A DNA stretch of 64,000 nt. It comes from Candidatus Shapirobacteria bacterium (lineage in GTDB: Bacteria > Patescibacteriota > Microgenomatia > UBA12405). Position numbers and translations under genes: made by a program. The notes beneath the pieces are model-generated. The model was given only the letters and a program-made list of their open reading frames with translations. It did not search any database and was not told the origin of the DNA. Numbering within the stretch: position 1 is the stretch's first letter; each line of letters opens with the position of its first letter. The DNA lies in NCBI GenBank assembly GCA_028704885.1, contig JAQWEN010000001.1, positions 587,107 to 651,106 on the forward strand, read 5' to 3'. Positions 59,368 through 64,000 of the stretch are shown one piece after another.

Positions 59368-61116
59368 TTATACTTCGATAACTAAGGGTAAAACCATGGG
59401 TTGGCGGCCGGTTTTCTTGTAGATAATCTCTTCAAGAAAAGCTTGGATTTCTTCACGAATGAAATCCATGTTGGCTGGGGAACTGGTGGCTTGATTAAAT
59501 TTATTAGTAATTTCGAGCTTTAAAAAGTCGATAAGCTCGGTGTTTTCTTTCATAAAGACGAAACCTCGACTTAAAACGACCGGAGCTTTAACTAATTTAC
59601 CGGATTCTTTTTCAATCAAGAGAACAACAGAAAACATGCCATCTTCGGCGAGAGTTTTTCGGTCTCTTAAAACAGTGGTACCAACATCACCGACTCCAAA
59701 TCCATCAATTAAAACTTTTCGAATAGAAATATGGAAATTAGTGTCGACAGCGCCATTGCTATGAAAAGTGGCCGAAGCATCAAAATCGGGTAAAATTACC
59801 TGTTCTTCGGTATAACCTAATTTTTTAGACATTTGTTGATAATCTTTAAGATGTCGATAGTTACCACCGATTGGCAATAAAAATTTTGGTTTTAATAAAT
59901 TAATTAAAAGAGCATGTTCTTTTTGGTAACCGTGACCGGAAACGTGTAATTCTTCTTTTTCACCATAGACCACTTCAGCTCCCATTTTAGAGAGAAGATC
60001 GATCATATTGTAAATGTTAGAAGTTGTGCCAGGAATATAATCTGGAGAAGAAAAGATGACTTTATCGCCAGCTTTTACTTTTATTTTGTGTTTACCCATG
60101 ATCATTTTACTGAGAGCCGAATCTGGTTGACCAGCAAAGCCGGCAACTAAGAAAAGCAATTTGTTTTCGTTGAAGTTTTTGACTCTTTCGACGGGAACGA
60201 TATCAGTATCGTTTAAAGTTAAATAACCTAAATCTTTGGCAATTTTAATAGCTCGATCGACAGAAAAGCCGACAATAACTATTTTTCGACCAACACTTTT
60301 GCCGTATTCAATGGCTTGAGTCCAACGAACAATATTACTGGAAATTGAAGTAACAAAAACGCGACCTTTAGCGGAAACAATTTCTTGTTTAAAATTTTGA
60401 GCAATAGAAGATTCTGAAGGCGACCAACCTTCTTTATCGGCACCTAAACTATCCGACATTAAGGCAATGACTTTACCAGTTTGACCAACTCGAGCTATTT
60501 TTTGATAATCAGCGCCTTTGCCGTCTAGTGGAAATAAATCAAATTTGAAATCAGAACCATGGTAAAAAATACCCATAGGAGTAGTGATGGCAAAATGAAA
60601 AGTATCAGGAATGGAATGAGTAACGCGAATTGGGTCAATAATAAAAGGACCTTTGGTTATAGGTAAGGTGGTTTCATCATAAACCTGAAGATTAGCGCGG
60701 ATTTGAACTTCACCGAGTCGGGCTTCAATAAAAGCAGCCGCTAGTTTAGGAGCGTAAACTGGAATATTTTGGCCTAAAATCGGCAGAATAAAACGGACAG
60801 CTCCAATATGGTCTTCATGGCCATGAGTAATAAAAATACCTAAAATTCGGTCTTTTTTGTCTTGTAAATAATGAGTATCGGGAATTTGAAGATCGACACC
60901 AAAGGCATCTTCTTCAGGAAAACCGACTCCACAATCAACGATAATAATTTGACTTTTGGCAAGATCGCCATTGGGAATGAACTCATAAACAAACATGTTT
61001 TGAGTGACATCGCCAAAGCCCCCGAGGGAGCTGATTCGCACCGAATCATTACCGGATTTGTATTCTCGGACTTGATTTGGAGCATTAATAAAATTTGTGT
61101 TTTGATTTTTTAACAT
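59368..61116 (-). CDS. rnj: ribonuclease J
   Basis: Metallo-beta-lactamase HGHEDHIG + beta-CASP + RNase J C-terminal domain, 582 aa. Confidence 0.88.
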   Translation of the reverse strand: MLKNQNTNFINAPNQVREYKSGNDSVRISSLGGFGDVTQNMFVYEFIPNGDLAKSQIIIVDCGVGFPEEDAFGVDLQIPDTHYLQDKKDRILGIFITHGHEDHIGAVRFILPILGQNIPVYAPKLAAAFIEARLGEVQIRANLQVYDETTLPITKGPFIIDPIRVTHSIPDTFHFAITTPMGIFYHGSDFKFDLFPLDGKGADYQKIARVGQTGKVIALMSDSLGADKEGWSPSESSIAQNFKQEIVSAKGRVFVTSISSNIVRWTQAIEYGKSVGRKIVIVGFSVDRAIKIAKDLGYLTLNDTDIVPVERVKNFNENKLLFLVAGFAGQPDSALSKMIMGKHKIKVKAGDKVIFSSPDYIPGTTSNIYNMIDLLSKMGAEVVYGEKEELHVSGHGYQKEHALLINLLKPKFLLPIGGNYRHLKDYQQMSKKLGYTEEQVILPDFDASATFHSNGAVDTNFHISIRKVLIDGFGVGDVGTTVLRDRKTLAEDGMFSVVLLIEKESGKLVKAPVVLSRGFVFMKENTELIDFLKLEITNKFNQATSSPANMDFIREEIQAFLEEIIYKKTGRQPMVLPLVIEV

Positions 61117-61155
61117 AAAAAATTCTTGTGATTATATATATAAATAATAATAAAA

Positions 61156-61183
61156 TCTGAACGGCAACCACAAAATGTTCAGA
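61156..61183 (-). terminator. hairpin (TCTGAAC...GTTCAGA) followed on the minus strand by a T/A-rich run, downstream of the Lon-like gene
   Basis: 7 bp perfect stem. Confidence 0.4.
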
Positions 61184-61358
61184 GTAAATAAATAATTCTT
61201 ACTTAATTTTACTAAATAATTTCCAAATTAAATGGAATGATTTATTGAGGGATTAAATTGCTTGACCGTTTCTAAAACCAAATTGGGTGAACGAAGTCTT
61301 TAACCAAAAGTAAGATTCTTTAAAGTCATTTTAACAAAATTAAGAGTAAAAGGCAAAT

Positions 61359-62420
61359 TTACCATTGAGGCAAGAAAGTTTTGACGTTAGATTCGTCGAC
61401 AATCACCTGTCGGCTTTTACCTTCTAAAATGACTTTGGCAACCTTGCGACACATGCCTTCAATATTACGTTGGAGAGTACGAACACCAGCATCGAAACCA
61501 AGAGGACGGACAATTTGAGGCCATAAATTGTCGCCGATTTTTAAATCATCAGAAGTTAAACCGGTACTTTTTAGAGCTTTTGGTAAAAGATAATTTTTAG
61601 CAATAACTTCTTTTTCTTCGTCAGTGTAAGACGGCATTTGAATAATTTCTAATCTGTCCATAACAGCAGTGGCAATTCGAGAAGTGTTGTTGCAGGTGGC
61701 ACAAAAAATGACTTGGGAAAGATCGACTGGATAATCAAGATAATGATCGACAAAATGACCATTTTGTTCTGGGTCGAGAAGCTCAACGAGAACACCCATG
61801 ATAGTGTTTAAAGCGTCGTCGGCAACACGATCAATTTCATCTAACAAAATAACTGGATTGCGGCTTTTACAATTGACGAGACCTTTGATAATCTGACCTG
61901 GTTCAGAATCGGGACGAGTACGGGAATAGCCACGAAGATAATGAGCATCACCAAGGCCACCGAAAGGAATTCTGACAAGTTCGCGACCCATGACATTAGC
62001 AATTGATTTGGCCATAGTGGTTTTACCAGTACCAACCAAACCGACAAATAAAATAATTGGAGCTTGAATTGTTTCGTTGGGATTGCGATTTTTTTGCAAA
62101 GACAAAACAGAAATATATTCCAAAATTCTTTCTTTAATGGTTTCCAAACCATAGTGCTCTTGGTCTAATTTTTCTTTGGCAAAACGTAAATCTAAAATAT
62201 CTTTGGTTTCATTGAACCAAGGAATGGCAATAATCCAATCAATATATTTAGAAGCATTGTAATAATTTTGCCAAAAAGTTTCTTCGTTTTGAGAATTAAT
62301 TTCGAGTTGAGAAAAAAGTTCTTGTAATTTTATACCTAAATTATCGGGTATTTTGACAGCAGAAACTTTATCAACAAGTTTTTTAATCGCCTCTTTGGTG
62401 GTTAGAACAGTGGAATCCAT
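61359..62420 (-). CDS. Lon-type AAA+ ATPase module without LAN or S16 peptidase domains (353 aa)
   Basis: Aligns to the Lon AAA+ region: HYGLETIKERILEY, Walker A GLVGTGKT, Walker B ILLDEID; stop where the Lon peptidase domain would begin. Confidence 0.7.
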   Translation of the reverse strand: MDSTVLTTKEAIKKLVDKVSAVKIPDNLGIKLQELFSQLEINSQNEETFWQNYYNASKYIDWIIAIPWFNETKDILDLRFAKEKLDQEHYGLETIKERILEYISVLSLQKNRNPNETIQAPIILFVGLVGTGKTTMAKSIANVMGRELVRIPFGGLGDAHYLRGYSRTRPDSEPGQIIKGLVNCKSRNPVILLDEIDRVADDALNTIMGVLVELLDPEQNGHFVDHYLDYPVDLSQVIFCATCNNTSRIATAVMDRLEIIQMPSYTDEEKEVIAKNYLLPKALKSTGLTSDDLKIGDNLWPQIVRPLGFDAGVRTLQRNIEGMCRKVAKVILEGKSRQVIVDESNVKTFLPQW

Positions 62421-62524
62421 TAGAAAAGTATAAGCTATTTAGACACTAATGTCATGGCTAAAAACTTTAAAAACTTCATTCTAAAATAAAACGGAAAAAT
62501 TTTGTATTTTTTAAATCAATCTAT

Positions 62525-63115
62525 TTATTTATTTTTGCTTATATTATTGTTTTTAATCCATGATATGAATTCATCAAATACTTTAGGTTTCCATATCTTA
62601 TTGTCGTAGGACGTTTGTTCTTCTTTTGTAAATTCTGAATATGTTTTTTTATAATTTTCTGGTATAAAAATTCGATCAACTTCACGTACTTTGTTTATAT
62701 TATCTATTTTTAGACTGTATGAGACTATTCCTTTTAATTTTCCGTGAAAAATTTTAATTGTATTTTTGTTTTTATAACATATTACATTGTCAACTTCCCA
62801 AGTCCTATCCTTATTTCCTTTAAGTAGTTTTATTATTCCGTTAGCACCAATATATTTTTCAGCATATTTAACATATGTCTTAGGAAATCCATTAAGTCCA
62901 TTAATATAAAAAGCTGCATCAATAACAAACACCGGCTTCTTAATTTGACTATATGCGAATTCGGCTTTTTCTTTGGCAATTTCTTCAACATCTTCCGATC
63001 TGGATTCAGGTAGTTCTAAAGCAAATTGTTTTAAACCTATTCCATTAAGTTTAAAAAAATCATTTGCGTGATTAAATTTCCATGAATTTGATGTTGCAAA
63101 ATATAATTTGTTCAT
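62525..63115 (-). CDS. non-canonical purine NTP pyrophosphatase (Ham1/RdgB/ITPase family)
   Basis: N-terminus LYFATSNSWKF (ATxNxxK) and FIPENYKKTYSEF motifs. Confidence 0.65.
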   Translation of the reverse strand: MNKLYFATSNSWKFNHANDFFKLNGIGLKQFALELPESRSEDVEEIAKEKAEFAYSQIKKPVFVIDAAFYINGLNGFPKTYVKYAEKYIGANGIIKLLKGNKDRTWEVDNVICYKNKNTIKIFHGKLKGIVSYSLKIDNINKVREVDRIFIPENYKKTYSEFTKEEQTSYDNKIWKPKVFDEFISWIKNNNISKNK

Positions 63116-63122
63116 TTTATTT

Positions 63123-64000
63123 TTATGGATATATTTTTTTATTACGAAAAGGATATTTTAATATAAAAGAAAAAGTTCCAATTAAACTTCCTTCTAAACT
63201 TTTTAAGACATAAGACGGAGGTAGAGGATATTTTTTAAAAAAACTTTTTAATAAGTTTTTTATTACATATAGATGGTGCCCTAATAAACCCCAATAGAGA
63301 CTACGAAAATCAAAATGTTTAGCGAAAATATAAAGTTGATAGGCAGAATTGCCAACACCATAAGTATATAGTTTATTTTTGAGAGATTTTTTATCTGTTG
63401 GATGTTTATGATATATGATTGCGGTTGAATCGTATTCAACATCATAACCGGCTTTAATGACTCGATAAACAAATTCCAAAGAATTACCATGTCCGATTGG
63501 AGAACCACCGCCAAGAAAAGTAGCATAAGGGCCAACTTTATCAAATACTTTTCTACTTATCATATTGTTTGCTCCGGCAGCAATTTTATTAATTGGCCAA
63601 GGAATCATTTTGTAATCTTTTATTAAATCTATATTTTTATATAGTTTTGAATTAATACCTTTACTTAAACCACCTTTTTTTTCCCATAAATTGGCAACGT
63701 TATTTTTATCGTTGAAGATGCAAACATTTCCAGATACATAACCCAAATTTTTATTTTTTGTAAAATGTTGTAAAAGTTTTTCTACCCAATTTTTATCCTT
63801 TATTATTACGTCATCATCTGTATTAATAATATATTCACCATTAGAAACTTTCATTCCTGTATTTAAGGCAAAAGATTCACCTTTTCTATTTTCTTTAATA
63901 TAAACAACTGGATATTTATTACAAAGATCTAAAGTTGAATTGTCTGTTGAATTATTATCAATAATAACAACTTCAATATTAGGATCTCCTAAAATGTAAA
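63123..64000 (-). CDS. family 2 glycosyltransferase, 5'-truncated by window end (reading frame stays open to position 64000)
   Basis: Hand translation upstream of the track start gives ...VVIIDNNSTDNSTLDLCNKYPVVYIKENRKGESFALNTGMKVSNGEYIINTDDDVII (GT2 DxD region); no stop before window end. Confidence 0.7.
   Translation of the reverse strand, partial: YILGDPNIEVVIIDNNSTDNSTLDLCNKYPVVYIKENRKGESFALNTGMKVSNGEYIINTDDDVIIKDKNWVEKLLQHFTKNKNLGYVSGNVCIFNDKNNVANLWEKKGGLSKGINSKLYKNIDLIKDYKMIPWPINKIAAGANNMISRKVFDKVGPYATFLGGGSPIGHGNSLEFVYRVIKAGYDVEYDSTAIIYHKHPTDKKSLKNKLYTYGVGNSAYQLYIFAKHFDFRSLYWGLLGHHLYVIKNLLKSFFKKYPLPPSYVLKSLEGSLIGTFSFILKYPFRNKKIYP

Noticed and set aside
1-64000. Search for tRNA, rRNA and CRISPR arrays in all intergenic regions (notably 18782-19055, 19581-19725, 21829-21958, 36742-36843, 45951-46260, 61117-61358).
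   Set aside because: No cloverleaf-compatible sequences, no rRNA-like conserved blocks, and no regularly spaced direct repeats were seen. The intergenic structures found are terminator hairpins and promoters.

Overview
This is an AT-rich window (roughly one-third GC by eye) from a bacterium with Candidate Phyla Radiation (CPR)/Patescibacteria-like hallmarks: ribosomal protein L30 is absent between S5 and L15, uS14 is the zinc-binding type Z form, and AlaRS and MiaB are truncated. The minus strand carries a nearly complete ribosomal/transcription super-operon running from high to low coordinates: rpoB-rpoC-rpsL-rpsG, then an inserted island, then fusA, an orphan ORF, tuf, rpsJ through the S10/spc/alpha operons, and finally rplQ-rplM-rpsI. 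Unlike the usual compact str operon, rpsG and fusA are separated by a ~6.8 kb island. It holds dTDP-rhamnose biosynthesis genes (rfbBCD), an HExxH metallopeptidase-like gene, a FAD oxidoreductase and a protein with a LytR_C-like domain. fusA and tuf each have their own terminator or promoter, with a hypothetical gene wedged between them. Other accessory content is listed below.
(1) A 1.3 kb island flanked by 38 bp direct repeats that duplicate the 3' end of a MiaB-like gene. It carries an XRE repressor, a GC-rich foreign ORF and a hypothetical.
(2) A four-gene surface-protein operon behind a perfect-consensus promoter. It encodes a prepilin-like protein, a 904 aa extremely Cys-rich protein with a beta-helix-like C-terminus, and a PilX-like protein.
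(3) A KilA-N domain protein.
(4) A sortase adjacent to a large membrane protein.
(5) An IS200/IS605-like HuH transposase flanked by perfect palindromes.
(6) A small palindromic repeat family, including an in-frame copy inside the MiaB-like CDS.
(7) Duplicated small-ORF modules (promoter, two small ORFs, terminator).
(8) A stand-alone Lon-type AAA+ module lacking a protease domain.
Housekeeping genes also present are uppP, alaS, proS, ftsK, a rodZ-like gene, rnj, mltG, ruvX, a NUDIX gene and a Ham1 gene. No tRNA, rRNA or CRISPR array was recognised.
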